A stretch of DNA of 62,014 nt from an uncultured Pseudonocardia sp. (GTDB lineage Bacteria > Actinomycetota > Actinomycetes > Mycobacteriales > Pseudonocardiaceae): positions 1 to 62,014 of the forward strand of contig CAXTTN010000003.1 of assembly GCA_964247105.1 (NCBI GenBank), given 5' to 3'. Each line of letters opens with the position of its first letter. Position 1 is the stretch's first letter. The notes under the pieces are model-generated. The model did not search any database. It had not been told where the DNA came from and saw only the letters and a program-made list of their open reading frames with translations. Shown one piece after another: positions 9,609-18,766 of the stretch. The translations under genes were made by a program, and so were the position numbers.

Positions 9609-9613
9609 GGTGT

Positions 9614-11134
9614 ATGGATTCCACTGATCTCGTCCGGCTCGACGCGACCGCCCAGGCCGAGCTGGTCCGCCGGGGCGAGGTGACCCCCGTCGAGCTCGTC
9701 GAGGCCGCGATCGAGGCGGTCGAGCGGGTCGACCCGCAACTGGGCGCCGTCTTCATCCCGACGCCGGAGCACGCTCTCGAGCACGCCCGCACGGTGTCGA
9801 TGGACGCGCCGTTCCCGGGGGTCCCGATCCTGGTCAAGGACATCGCGCTGGAGCTTGCGGGCTACCCGTACGGCCACGGCGGGCTGCGCCTGATGCGCGA
9901 CCGCGGCCACGTCTCGGACCGCACGACCTACCTGGCCGCCCGCTTGCGGGAGGCCGGGTTCGCGTTCCTGGGCCGCAGCACGTCGGCACTGCAGGGCGTC
10001 GAGCTGGGCGTCTCCGATCTGGATCTGCACACGATGCCGCGCAACCCGTGGAACACCGACTACGCCACCGGCGGGTCGAGCAGCGGGTCCGCCGCGGCCG
10101 TCGCCGCCGGCCTGGTGCCGCTGGCCCACGGCAACGACGGCGGCGGCTCGCTGCGGATGCCGGCCGCGATCTGCGGGCTGGTCACGCTCAAGCCCACCCG
10201 CGGACGGATGTCCACCGGCCCGCTGATCGGGGCCACGAACTCCGTCGCCCACGCCTGGATCGAGGAGTTCGTCCTCACCCGCACGGTGCGCGACACCGCC
10301 GCGGTGCTGCCGCTGGTCAGTGGCCGCCGCCCCGGCGACCCGTTCGCGCCGACCCCGGCGTTGCGCCCGACCGGCTCCGGCGCACGGCTGCGGATCGGGG
10401 TCACCACCACCCCGTTCATGGAGATCCCCTGGCACGAGACCGATCCGGCGTGCGTCCGCGCCGCGACCGAGACCGCCACCCTGCTGTCGGAGCTCGGCCA
10501 CACCGTCGTCCCGGTGGACGCGCCCCGCTACGACATGGCCGCACACGACTGGCGGTACGGCATGTCCGGGCCCGCGCCGACCATGGTCGCCCGGGACCTC
10601 GACGAGGTCGCGCACATCATCGGCCGCCCGCTCACCCCCGACGACGTCGGACCCGTGCTCTGGTGGCTGGCCGAGCAGGGCCGCACCTTCACCGCGCTGC
10701 AGGCCCTGGAGTTCGCCGAGTTCGTGCACGCGACCTGCGTCACCGTGGACCGGTGGTGGGACGAGCAGAACCTCGACCTGCTGCTCAGTCCCACGATCGC
10801 CCAGCGGACCCCGCCCATCACCGAGTACCTGCCCCCGCCCGCCGGCACCTACGCGCCCAGCCTGGACGACCCCGCCTCGCTCGGGCTGGCCATGCTCGCG
10901 CTGCTCCCGCTCGTGGGCTTCACCCAGCTGTTCAACTGGACCGGCCAGCCCGCGGTCTCCCTGCCACTCGGTGTCGACGACGACGGACTCCCGGTCGGGA
11001 TCCAGCTCGCCGCCCGCCGGCTGCGGGAGGACCACCTCCTCGATGTCGCGGCTGAACTGGAGCTCGCCCGCCCATGGGCTGGGCGTGTTCCCGCCGTACA
11101 TGCGGCCACCGCACTGCGCCCGGCCAGGCGGTGA
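9614..11134 (+). CDS. Amidase signature family protein
   Basis: ILVKD, NPWN...GGSSSGS, GNDGGGSLR, GLPVGIQL. Confidence 0.93.
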   Translation: MDSTDLVRLDATAQAELVRRGEVTPVELVEAAIEAVERVDPQLGAVFIPTPEHALEHARTVSMDAPFPGVPILVKDIALELAGYPYGHGGLRLMRDRGHVSDRTTYLAARLREAGFAFLGRSTSALQGVELGVSDLDLHTMPRNPWNTDYATGGSSSGSAAAVAAGLVPLAHGNDGGGSLRMPAAICGLVTLKPTRGRMSTGPLIGATNSVAHAWIEEFVLTRTVRDTAAVLPLVSGRRPGDPFAPTPALRPTGSGARLRIGVTTTPFMEIPWHETDPACVRAATETATLLSELGHTVVPVDAPRYDMAAHDWRYGMSGPAPTMVARDLDEVAHIIGRPLTPDDVGPVLWWLAEQGRTFTALQALEFAEFVHATCVTVDRWWDEQNLDLLLSPTIAQRTPPITEYLPPPAGTYAPSLDDPASLGLAMLALLPLVGFTQLFNWTGQPAVSLPLGVDDDGLPVGIQLAARRLREDHLLDVAAELELARPWAGRVPAVHAATALRPARR

Positions 11135-11421
11135 CGCCGGTGAGGGCCCCCATCGCGGCGATGTCGTCCCAATCCACGGCGGGGCCGCTCGATCCGACGC
11201 AGCTCGACGTGATCGCGCGCGTGAGATTCGTACCGCCGGACGAGACCGCCACGATCGGCATGATCCGCGCCACACGGGGCAGGACGTCCGGCGCTACAGA
11301 GGTCCGCCATACCCCGGATCTGTGACCTGCACCACTTCGGTGGGGCGCACCGCGGGCCCGCATCCACCTGCCTACGAGGAGCCACCGTGTTCTCAGTTCG
11401 CTCAACCCTCGTCACCCTGGC

Positions 11422-12573
11422 ATGAGTACCGCGTCGCGACCGGTCACCGCCGAGCTGCTGAGGGGAGCGCTGCGCATCGAGCGGACGGCGCTGGGCGTCC
11501 GGCCGCACCGGCTCCCGACCTGGGCGCTCGGGCAGGCCCAGGACGCGCAACTCGCGATGGCACAGGCGCAGCCCTCGGGCGTCCGGATCGCTGTCGTCAC
11601 CGCCGCCACGAGAATCGAGCTGATCGCGCTCGCGACGCGGTACGGCTACCGCGGGGTGCCCCCACGGCCGGCCGGGGTCTTCGATCTCGTCGTCGACGGG
11701 CGGCTCGCCGGTCAGGCGAGGCTCGCCACCGCCACGACGGTCATCATCGACCCGGCGACGGGCGCGGCGGAGACCAGCCGGGCGGAGCCGGACAGCATCG
11801 TGTTCGACGCGTTGCCCAGCGGCACCAAGCGAGTCGAGATCTGGCTGCCGCACACCGAGTCCGTCGAGCTCGTCGCGCTGAGGAGCGACGCGGACCTGCA
11901 CCCGTGCGACGCCCGGCTCCCGGTGTGGCTGCACCACGGCAGCTCGATCAGCCAGGGCTCCGACGCGACCCACCCGACGGGCACCTGGCCCGCCGTGGCG
12001 GCGTCGCTGCGCGGCCTCGACCTGATCAATCTCGGGTTCGGTGGCAGCGCCCTGCTCGACCCGTGCACCGCACGCGTCATCCGGGACACCCCGGCCGATC
12101 TGATCAGCGTGAAGATCGGGATCAACCTCGTGAACACCGACCTCATGCGCCTGCGTGCGTTCGGACCCGCGGTCCACGGCCTCCTGGACACCGTCCGGGA
12201 AGGCCACCCCGACGTCCCCCTGTTCGTGATCTCACCGGTCCACTGCCCGATGCACGAGGACACGCCCGGCCCTATAGCGTTCGATCAGGTCGCGCTCGCG
12301 GCCGGCGAGCTGCGGTTCACCGCGACCGGGGACCCGGCCGAGGTCGCCGCCGGCAAGCTGACACTCGGCGTCGTCCGCGAGCACCTGGCTCGGATCGTCC
12401 GCGAGCGCAGGGTGGACGATCCGCAGCTGCACCACGTCGACGGTCTCGATCTCTACGGCCCCGCCGACGCGCACGGGCTCCCGCTCCCGGACGGACTGCA
12501 CCCCGACGCCGCGACGCACCGCCTCATGGGCGAACGATTCGCCGCTCAGGTCCTGGCCGGCCGGGGCAGGTAG
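11422..12573 (+). CDS. SGNH/GDSL hydrolase (SsfX3-like)
   Basis: HHGSSISQG, NLGFGGSA, GIN, DGLHP. Confidence 0.88.
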   Translation: MSTASRPVTAELLRGALRIERTALGVRPHRLPTWALGQAQDAQLAMAQAQPSGVRIAVVTAATRIELIALATRYGYRGVPPRPAGVFDLVVDGRLAGQARLATATTVIIDPATGAAETSRAEPDSIVFDALPSGTKRVEIWLPHTESVELVALRSDADLHPCDARLPVWLHHGSSISQGSDATHPTGTWPAVAASLRGLDLINLGFGGSALLDPCTARVIRDTPADLISVKIGINLVNTDLMRLRAFGPAVHGLLDTVREGHPDVPLFVISPVHCPMHEDTPGPIAFDQVALAAGELRFTATGDPAEVAAGKLTLGVVREHLARIVRERRVDDPQLHHVDGLDLYGPADAHGLPLPDGLHPDAATHRLMGERFAAQVLAGRGR

Positions 12574-12636
12574 GTCGGTCCGTCCACACGGCTACCTCGC
12601 AGGGAGCCTCCTGACCTCGGGACAACACACATCGAG

Positions 12637-12987
12637 ATGGGAGTGATCATGGGAGTACCGGACGGCAGGGTCGCAGTGGTGACCGGCGGGAGCAGCGGTA
12701 TCGGCCTGGCGATCGCGCGCGCCTACCGCGCCGAGGGCGCACGGGTGTTCGTCACCGGTCGTCGCCGGGCTCAGCTCGACGCGGCAGAAGCCGAGCTCGG
12801 TGCGGGAGTGACCGGTGTGAGCTGCGACGTGAGCCGGCTCGAGCTGCTCTCGCCGGATGAGCTCACCGCCGCGGCTTCCGCGGTCCCCCTCGGTCGGCTC
12901 GCCGAGCCCGAGGAGATCGCCGCAGCAGCGGTGTTCCTCGCATCGGGGGCATCCAGCTTCGCCGGCGGCGGCTACGCCCAGATCTGA
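12637..12987 (+). pseudogene. SDR oxidoreductase with a large internal deletion
   Basis: The N-terminal TGGSSGIG region is joined directly to the C-terminal [12 protein letters not shown]; no NNAG or YxxxK. Confidence 0.8.
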
Positions 12988-13005
12988 CCCACGCACACGA
13001 CACCC

Positions 13006-14556
13006 TCAGAGGGTGCAGCGGGCGTTGTCGGGCGGGGTCCGCAGCGAGATGAGGTAGTCGGCGGTGATGTCGGCGACGCAGGTGTTCTTACCGCCCGCGA
13101 CGACGGTGTGCTGCTCGCCCTCGACGGTCAGCAGGCTGCCCCCGAGCGCCTCGGCCAGGCGGATCCCGGCGTCGTAGGGGGTGGTGGGGTCACCGGTGAT
13201 CGAGATGGTGAGCGTCGGCGGCAGACCGTCGACCCGGTCCGGGAAGGGGTAGGTCGGCTTCGGCGGCGCGGGCCACGCCTCGCAGCTGTCCCGGGCCCCG
13301 TCGACACCGCGGCCGGGGTCCGCGAACGGCGCCACCTGGTAGATCCGGCCCCGGACCTCACGGGCCTGCGGGGCGGTCAGACGGTCCTCGTCCATGCACA
13401 CGATGGCGTAGGCGGCCTCGGCGAAGTTGCTCATGCGGCCGCCGTCGTCCGGTCCGGAGAGCAGCTCCAACAGGCGGACGAGCGTGCCGGGCTTGCCGTC
13501 CCGCAGGTCGGCGAGGCCCTGGATGATGGTCGGCCAGGCCTCCGAGTAGTACAGCCCGCTGATGACGGCGCCGACCGCGGCGTTGTAGGTGAGTCCGGGC
13601 CCGCCGTCGACCGGCGGGTCGAGCAGGGGACGCACGATGTCCTGGAACACGCGGGTCGCGGCGGCCGGGTCGGGGCCGAGTGGGCAGGCCGGTCGGGTCG
13701 CGCAGTCGGCGGCCATCTGGTCGAAGGACCGCTGGAATCCGGCCCACTGGGAGAGCCGACGGTCGACGAGTCCCAGACGGGGGTCGATCGCGCCGTCGAG
13801 CACCATGGCCCGGACGCGCTGCGGGTACTCGGCGGCGTAGAAGGCGCCGACCCGGGTGCCGTAGCTCTGCCCGAAGAAGTTCAGCTGCTCCTCGCCGAGT
13901 GCGGCGCGCAGGACGTCCATGTCGCGGACGGTGTCGCGGGTGGCGATCGCGGCCAGGGCCTGCTCGCCGCCGGAACGCTGTGCGCACGCCTCGACCAGTT
14001 GCCGGGCGCCGTCCTCGCTGAGGGTGCCCGCGGAGACCAGGAACTCGTTCTGCGGCGCGGTACCGGCGCGCAGTTGCTCGTCGCTGTGGCAGTCGACCGC
14101 CGGGGTGGTCGCGCCCACTCCGCGGGGGTCGAAGCCGATCAGGTCGAACCGCTCGGTCACCGGGCTCTGCGCCAGGGCGCCCGCGACGACGGCGGCGAAG
14201 TTCATGCCGGGCCCTCCCGGCCCACCCGAGTTGAGCAGCAGTGACCCCATCGACGCGCCCCGCGCGGGGGCCCGCAGCATCGCGACCTGTGCGGTCGCCC
14301 CGTCGGGGTCGGCGTAGTCCAGCGGCACCTCGAGCCGCGCGCACTCGAACCTCGGGTCACCCGCGAAGAGCTTCTCGTCGGCTCCGGTGGTGGCGTAGCC
14401 CGCACACGGACCGAAGCTCAGCTCCTGGTCGTAGAAGCGCGCCAGCTCCGCCGCGTCCGGAGGCGGTGCAGCAGGCCGAGCACATGCGCCCACTGCGATC
14501 AGCAGTAGCGCGACGATCGCCAGCGACGGCCGGACAACGGTTGAACCGAACGACAC
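13006..14556 (-). CDS. Exported TAP-like alpha/beta hydrolase (paralogue of 4420-5985)
   Basis: GGPGGPG, FDPRGVG, GQSYG, DPTTPY, GEQH; lipobox VGAC. Confidence 0.9.
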   Translation of the reverse strand: MSFGSTVVRPSLAIVALLLIAVGACARPAAPPPDAAELARFYDQELSFGPCAGYATTGADEKLFAGDPRFECARLEVPLDYADPDGATAQVAMLRAPARGASMGSLLLNSGGPGGPGMNFAAVVAGALAQSPVTERFDLIGFDPRGVGATTPAVDCHSDEQLRAGTAPQNEFLVSAGTLSEDGARQLVEACAQRSGGEQALAAIATRDTVRDMDVLRAALGEEQLNFFGQSYGTRVGAFYAAEYPQRVRAMVLDGAIDPRLGLVDRRLSQWAGFQRSFDQMAADCATRPACPLGPDPAAATRVFQDIVRPLLDPPVDGGPGLTYNAAVGAVISGLYYSEAWPTIIQGLADLRDGKPGTLVRLLELLSGPDDGGRMSNFAEAAYAIVCMDEDRLTAPQAREVRGRIYQVAPFADPGRGVDGARDSCEAWPAPPKPTYPFPDRVDGLPPTLTISITGDPTTPYDAGIRLAEALGGSLLTVEGEQHTVVAGGKNTCVADITADYLISLRTPPDNARCTL

Positions 14557-14611
14557 GGGTTCTCCTCACATCGGGAGCCCTCGGGCTCCGGCACACAGCT
14601 CTGTGGGGACC

Positions 14612-14646
14612 GACGAGACACCCGGCCGTGGCGGCACACTCAACCC
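14612..14646 (-). promoter_or_regulatory. MerR-type promoter/operator, copy 3
   Basis: 33/35 identical to 266-300; faces the hydrolase at 13006-14556. Confidence 0.7.
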
Positions 14647-15297
14647 ACGCCGTGGGTGATTCGTGTCACTTCGTGCGGTTCCGGTGGGGCATTGCTCGAC
14701 GGTGCGCGCCGCGGCCGCGTTCGCCCACATCGGGATCGGTGCCGTGCGCTCTCCGGGCGGGGCGCGGTCCGTCCAGGACGACCTCGACCGGGTGTCGGCC
14801 GCTCTCGACCCGTGGAACACCGGCATGACCGTGCCGTCGGTGGTGGAGAACCATGCTGCCGCGCAACGCACCTACGACGACCGGACCGCGCGCGACGGGA
14901 CCGGGTGGCCGTGGTGGCGGCCCGCCCCTGAGGAGGAGGGTCGCGGTCGTCGTGACGCAGCTTCTGGGCAGGGCGGTGGTGTGTTCGGATTAGTCCGAAA
15001 CGCGCACCCGACGGCACAGCGAGGGCGCCGGTCAGGACCGGACCGGTCGTCCCGGGCCATCGGAGTCTTCCGGTGCGGGCCGGTGTCGGTCGCACGGTCA
15101 GAACGCCGTTCGGAAACAGGCCGCGGTGGTCGCGACGTGACCAGGAACGGGGCCGAACGCCTTCTCGAAAGCCGAGTGGTCGACGAGATCGGGATACTCG
15201 GTGTGGAAGTGGATGTCGAGCACTTCGGCCAGGAACGGGTTGTCCGACGAGTACTGTCGCCCCGGTTTCCCCGGTCAGATCACTTCGCGGGCGTGTC

Positions 15298-15339
15298 TGG
15301 CTGTGAAAGGTTCAGGCGTTCGAATCCTCCCAGCTCCGC
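15298..15339 (+). mobile_element. Degenerate tRNA-Ala 3'-half (att-site-like scar)
   Basis: TGGC...GGTTCAGGCGTTCGAATCCTCCCAGCTCCGC resembles the actinobacterial tRNA-Ala 3' end. The T-stem is broken and there is no 5' half. Confidence 0.45.
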
Positions 15340-15393
15340 TCTTGCAGAACCCTCTTCGTGATCTTCCGCAGGCCAGAATCGGTGCGTGAGCCC

Positions 15394-15963
15394 TCAAACC
15401 CAGCCGAGCCGCAGGTCCGCGCCCGTCAGTTTCAGCGACCGGAGTACGAAGTCGTCCTCCAGCGAAGGCAGTCTGCCGACGACTTCGACAACGAGGCGCT
15501 GCGGCTGGTTCGCTCGGACGAACTCACGGGGAATCGTGATCTCGTGTACCTCGGTGTTTCCCGTACCGGTGTCGGCAAGCTGACCGATCTCGAACCCGTC
15601 CAGGAGAACGGAATGCGCCTGCTTGGGCGACAGCGTTTCCAGGTTGGACGTCCGGATCGTCAGCAGGAGCGGCGTGGGAGCAGGCGTCACCTGGAAGATC
15701 CGGATGGGGAGTGTGACGGACAGGCCGACGTACGTCGCATTCTCGAAGTGAAACGAGGCGTTGTCGCCGAGATGGTAGTTGAGGACGTGTTCACTCATCT
15801 GCAGGACTCCAAGTCGGATGTTGCAGCCCGCGCCGAGTCGCGTCAGGCGCTGGACGGCGAAACCTATCATCGTCCTGTCGGGGAGCGGGAGACCCGGTCG
15901 AGTGGGCCTTGCCCTAGCTCCCGTGCATGCGTTGAAGCAGACGGGCATGTGTGCCAGTGTCAA
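15394..15963 (-). CDS. Hypothetical beta-rich protein (start uncertain)
   Basis: Natural globular composition from MSEHVLNYHLGDN onward; codon usage less GC-biased than the flanks. Confidence 0.6.
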   Translation of the reverse strand: MTLAHMPVCFNACTGARARPTRPGLPLPDRTMIGFAVQRLTRLGAGCNIRLGVLQMSEHVLNYHLGDNASFHFENATYVGLSVTLPIRIFQVTPAPTPLLLTIRTSNLETLSPKQAHSVLLDGFEIGQLADTGTGNTEVHEITIPREFVRANQPQRLVVEVVGRLPSLEDDFVLRSLKLTGADLRLGWV

Positions 15964-16349
15964 TCGCCTTTACCGGTCTCGACCCTGCTCATCCCGGCCA
16001 ATTCGATGATCGGACGGTCGTCGTCAACCCGGATCTCCGTAGCGCGGTGCCGGCTTGAACACCGGTGCTGGCCGATGTGATGAGGGTGCTGGCCGCGCTC
16101 GCCGCCCGCGGGCGCATCGGGACCGGGCAGCGGGTGGAGGTCGACATGCTGTCGGTCGTCCACAGGCCCACCATACGGCGGACCCACGGCCCGCGAGAGG
16201 CGTCGTCGGTATCGACGAGTCCGCACCCCGCACGCACCGCACCGGCGGCCGCGATCGAGGAGTTCGGGTCCGCGGGCCGGTTCGGTGCGCGCTACGGCAT
16301 CCCCACCACCGTCGACGACACCGAGATCGCCCGACGGGAAGGAGCCGCG

Positions 16350-16490
16350 GCCCACACGATCGTCGACGACGTCCTCAGTACCGCCTCCACCCGACCCCAG
16401 GTGCGCGTCACGGCGATCCCGGGCACGATCGGACCCGCACTGGTCGAGAAGTCCCGCACGGCCCAACTGCTCGTCGGCGGCACTCGCCCG
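16350..16490 (+). pseudogene. Universal stress protein fragment
   Basis: VRVTAIPGTIGPALVEKSRTAQLLVGGTR resembles the USP C-terminal motif. Limits approximate. Confidence 0.4.
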
Positions 16491-16544
16491 TTCTCGTCGT
16501 CCGCCCCGACGCGCGCCGAGGCCGCTCGTGGGATGCCGTCCGAT

Positions 16545-16860
16545 CGGGGGCTCGCGTCGTCGAGGCCTTCTGGAACGCGTGGCCCGCGGACGCGATCGAG
16601 CGCAGTGCCACGGCCCCGTCCCGGTCCCGGCCGGGGGCGCTGGCACCAGTGACGCACCGCGGCGCGTTCCACGACGTGCGGGCGCACCCGTCTGTTCCGC
16701 CGAGCCCGCAGGCCCGTCCCGTTCCAGACGGGAGAGTCCGACGAGGGCCGCGATTTCGCAGCGCGGCACACCCAGGGGACCTTCTCCCGCTACCCGCAGT
16801 TCGACGCCGCGCTCGAGTTCGCCCGCGACATGCGCCGCCGGCTCGGGGCACCGGTTGCTG
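16545..16860 (+). pseudogene. NtaA/DszA-type flavin monooxygenase fragment
   Basis: VVEAFWNAWPADA...HRGAFHDVR...PSPQARPV, then a frameshift to GESDEGRDFAARH. Limits approximate. Confidence 0.65.
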
Positions 16861-16940
16861 CGTCGTCGCAGACCTTCTGCTGTCCGCACAGGAGTCGGAG
16901 CTCGTGCGGAGACCGCACAACCTCTGCGAGGACCTCCTGC

Positions 16941-17780
16941 CTATTCGCTCGGGCCCTTCCCCGATCCGAGCAGGCCCGCGTGGTGTTCGAGCCAGCGGGC
17001 CGGTGTGCCGGGGTCGTCGAAGGCCTGTGGCCGCAGGACGAGCCGGTCGACGCCGAGCTCGGCGTAGCGCGAGATGTCGACCCGGTCGACGGGGCGCAGG
17101 GGCATCGCGGAGACCTCCAGCCGGCCGAGCCGGGCGGGCCGGTCGACCTCGCCTGCGGCGCGGCGGAGCCCGGCGATGTCGCCGGCGATGTCGTCGGGGG
17201 TCCCGTTGCCGTAGAAGCCGTGGCCTCGGCTCACCGCCCGCCGGTAGGCGCCCGGGCTGCGTCCGCCGACGACCACCCGGAGACCGGTCGGGCGCGGGCG
17301 GGCGTCGACGCCGCCGAAGTCGACGTGCCGGCCGCGGAACTCCGGAGCCGGGTCGTGCCAGAGCGACGTCATCGCGTCGAGGTACTCGTCGGTGCGCCGC
17401 CCCCGTTCCGCCAGGGGGACGCCGACCGCGGTCATCTCGGCGGCGAGCCAGCCGGCGCCCACGCCCAGGACGAACCGCCCGCCGGTGAGTGCGTCCAGGC
17501 TCGCGGCCTGCTTGGCCAGCACGAGCGGGTTGCGCTGGGGCAGGATCAGCACCGCGGTGCCGAGGGTGATCCGGGTGGTGACGGCCGCGACGTGCGCGAG
17601 GTGCACGATCGGCTCGACGGTCGGCGTCTGCGGATCCAACGGCGCGTCCGGGCCGGTGGGTAGCACGACGTGGTCGTGCGCCCACCAGGAGCCGTACCCG
17701 AGCTCCTCGGCGAGGCGGGCCAGCGGGAGCGTGGCGTCGAACGGGGTGACGGAGTTGAGGCCGTGCACACCGAGCTCCAC
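16941..17780 (-). CDS. LLM class F420-dependent oxidoreductase
   Basis: AEELGY...DHVVLP, RNPLVLAKQAASLDALTGGR, GVGAGW. Confidence 0.9.
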   Translation of the reverse strand: MELGVHGLNSVTPFDATLPLARLAEELGYGSWWAHDHVVLPTGPDAPLDPQTPTVEPIVHLAHVAAVTTRITLGTAVLILPQRNPLVLAKQAASLDALTGGRFVLGVGAGWLAAEMTAVGVPLAERGRRTDEYLDAMTSLWHDPAPEFRGRHVDFGGVDARPRPTGLRVVVGGRSPGAYRRAVSRGHGFYGNGTPDDIAGDIAGLRRAAGEVDRPARLGRLEVSAMPLRPVDRVDISRYAELGVDRLVLRPQAFDDPGTPARWLEHHAGLLGSGKGPSE

Positions 17781-17781
17781 G

Positions 17782-18705
17782 TCATGAGCCGATCTCGACG
17801 ACGGCCTTGCCGGCCACCCGCCGCCCGCGCAGCGCGTCGGCGGCCTCGCCGACCCGCTCCCACGGACCGCGCCAGCCGATCTGGGGGTCGAGCCGTCCCG
17901 CGGCGACGAGCCCGAGCAGCTCCTCGATGTCGGGCGCGAACCCTGGACGGCCGGTGCCGACGGTGAACACCTCGACCGCGCGCTGCCCGCCGCGCTGGCG
18001 CTCGGCCTCGAAGTCGATCGTGGTCGGCTCGCCCGACGCCTGCCCCACCGACAGAGCGAGGCCGTCCTCGGCGAGCAGCGCGACCGTGGCCGCGAGCAAC
18101 GACCCGCCGATGTTGTCGATCACGCGGTGCACCGGCGCGACCCCCGCGAGGTCCGTGACCACCTCGGCCGCGCCCAGCTCGCCCAGCCCGGCCCCGCGGC
18201 CGGCCGATCCCACCTGCGCGACGACGTGCGCCCCGGCCGCGGCGGCGAGCTGAACCGCGTACCGGCCCACTCCACCCGACGCCCCGGTCACCAACACGCG
18301 GCGGCCCAGCAGCGAGCCGAGCCGCCGCACCGCCTGCAGCGCGGTCCCCCCCGCGGCTGGCAGCGCGGCCGCGACGGCGAGCTCCACGCCTTCGGGCACC
18401 ACCCCGACGTCCGCCGTCGCGACGCTGCGCAGCGTGGCCAGCGCGCCGCCCATCGCGAACGAGGCGACTCGGGTCCCGGCGGGCGGCCCGGACCCGTCGG
18501 CGGCCGCCGCCAGGACGACGCCGGCGGCATCCACCCCCGGAACGGCGCCGACACCGTGCACGGTGTCCGCGTAGGCCACATCCAGGAAGTTCAACGACGC
18601 CGCGGACACCGCGATCAGCGCCTCGCCGGGTCCCGGGACGGGATCGGGGAGCTCGGTACGGCGCAGGGCGGACGGTGCGGTCGGGTCGTGGACCAGTGCG
18701 TGCAT
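17782..18705 (-). CDS. MDR-family (quinone oxidoreductase-like) dehydrogenase
   Basis: AASLNFLD, VTGASGGVG, GKAVV. Start is ATG 18705 (GTG 18714 possible). Confidence 0.88.
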   Translation of the reverse strand: MHALVHDPTAPSALRRTELPDPVPGPGEALIAVSAASLNFLDVAYADTVHGVGAVPGVDAAGVVLAAAADGSGPPAGTRVASFAMGGALATLRSVATADVGVVPEGVELAVAAALPAAGGTALQAVRRLGSLLGRRVLVTGASGGVGRYAVQLAAAAGAHVVAQVGSAGRGAGLGELGAAEVVTDLAGVAPVHRVIDNIGGSLLAATVALLAEDGLALSVGQASGEPTTIDFEAERQRGGQRAVEVFTVGTGRPGFAPDIEELLGLVAAGRLDPQIGWRGPWERVGEAADALRGRRVAGKAVVEIGS

Positions 18706-18766
18706 GCGCTCCACGCTGCGCCGTTGCGCGGCGGGTGTCGAAGACCTGTACGGATAACCTGATGGA

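Noticed and set aside
11135-11420. Small ORFs between the amidase and SGNH genes
   Set aside because: No recognisable motif or RBS; possibly a remnant, but not supportable.
14984-14999. Palindrome TTCGGA-N4-TCCGAA
   Set aside because: No adjacent intact gene and no second copy to give it meaning.
15298-15339. Functional tRNA or tmRNA
   Set aside because: T and anticodon stems do not pair, and there is no 5' half or CCA.
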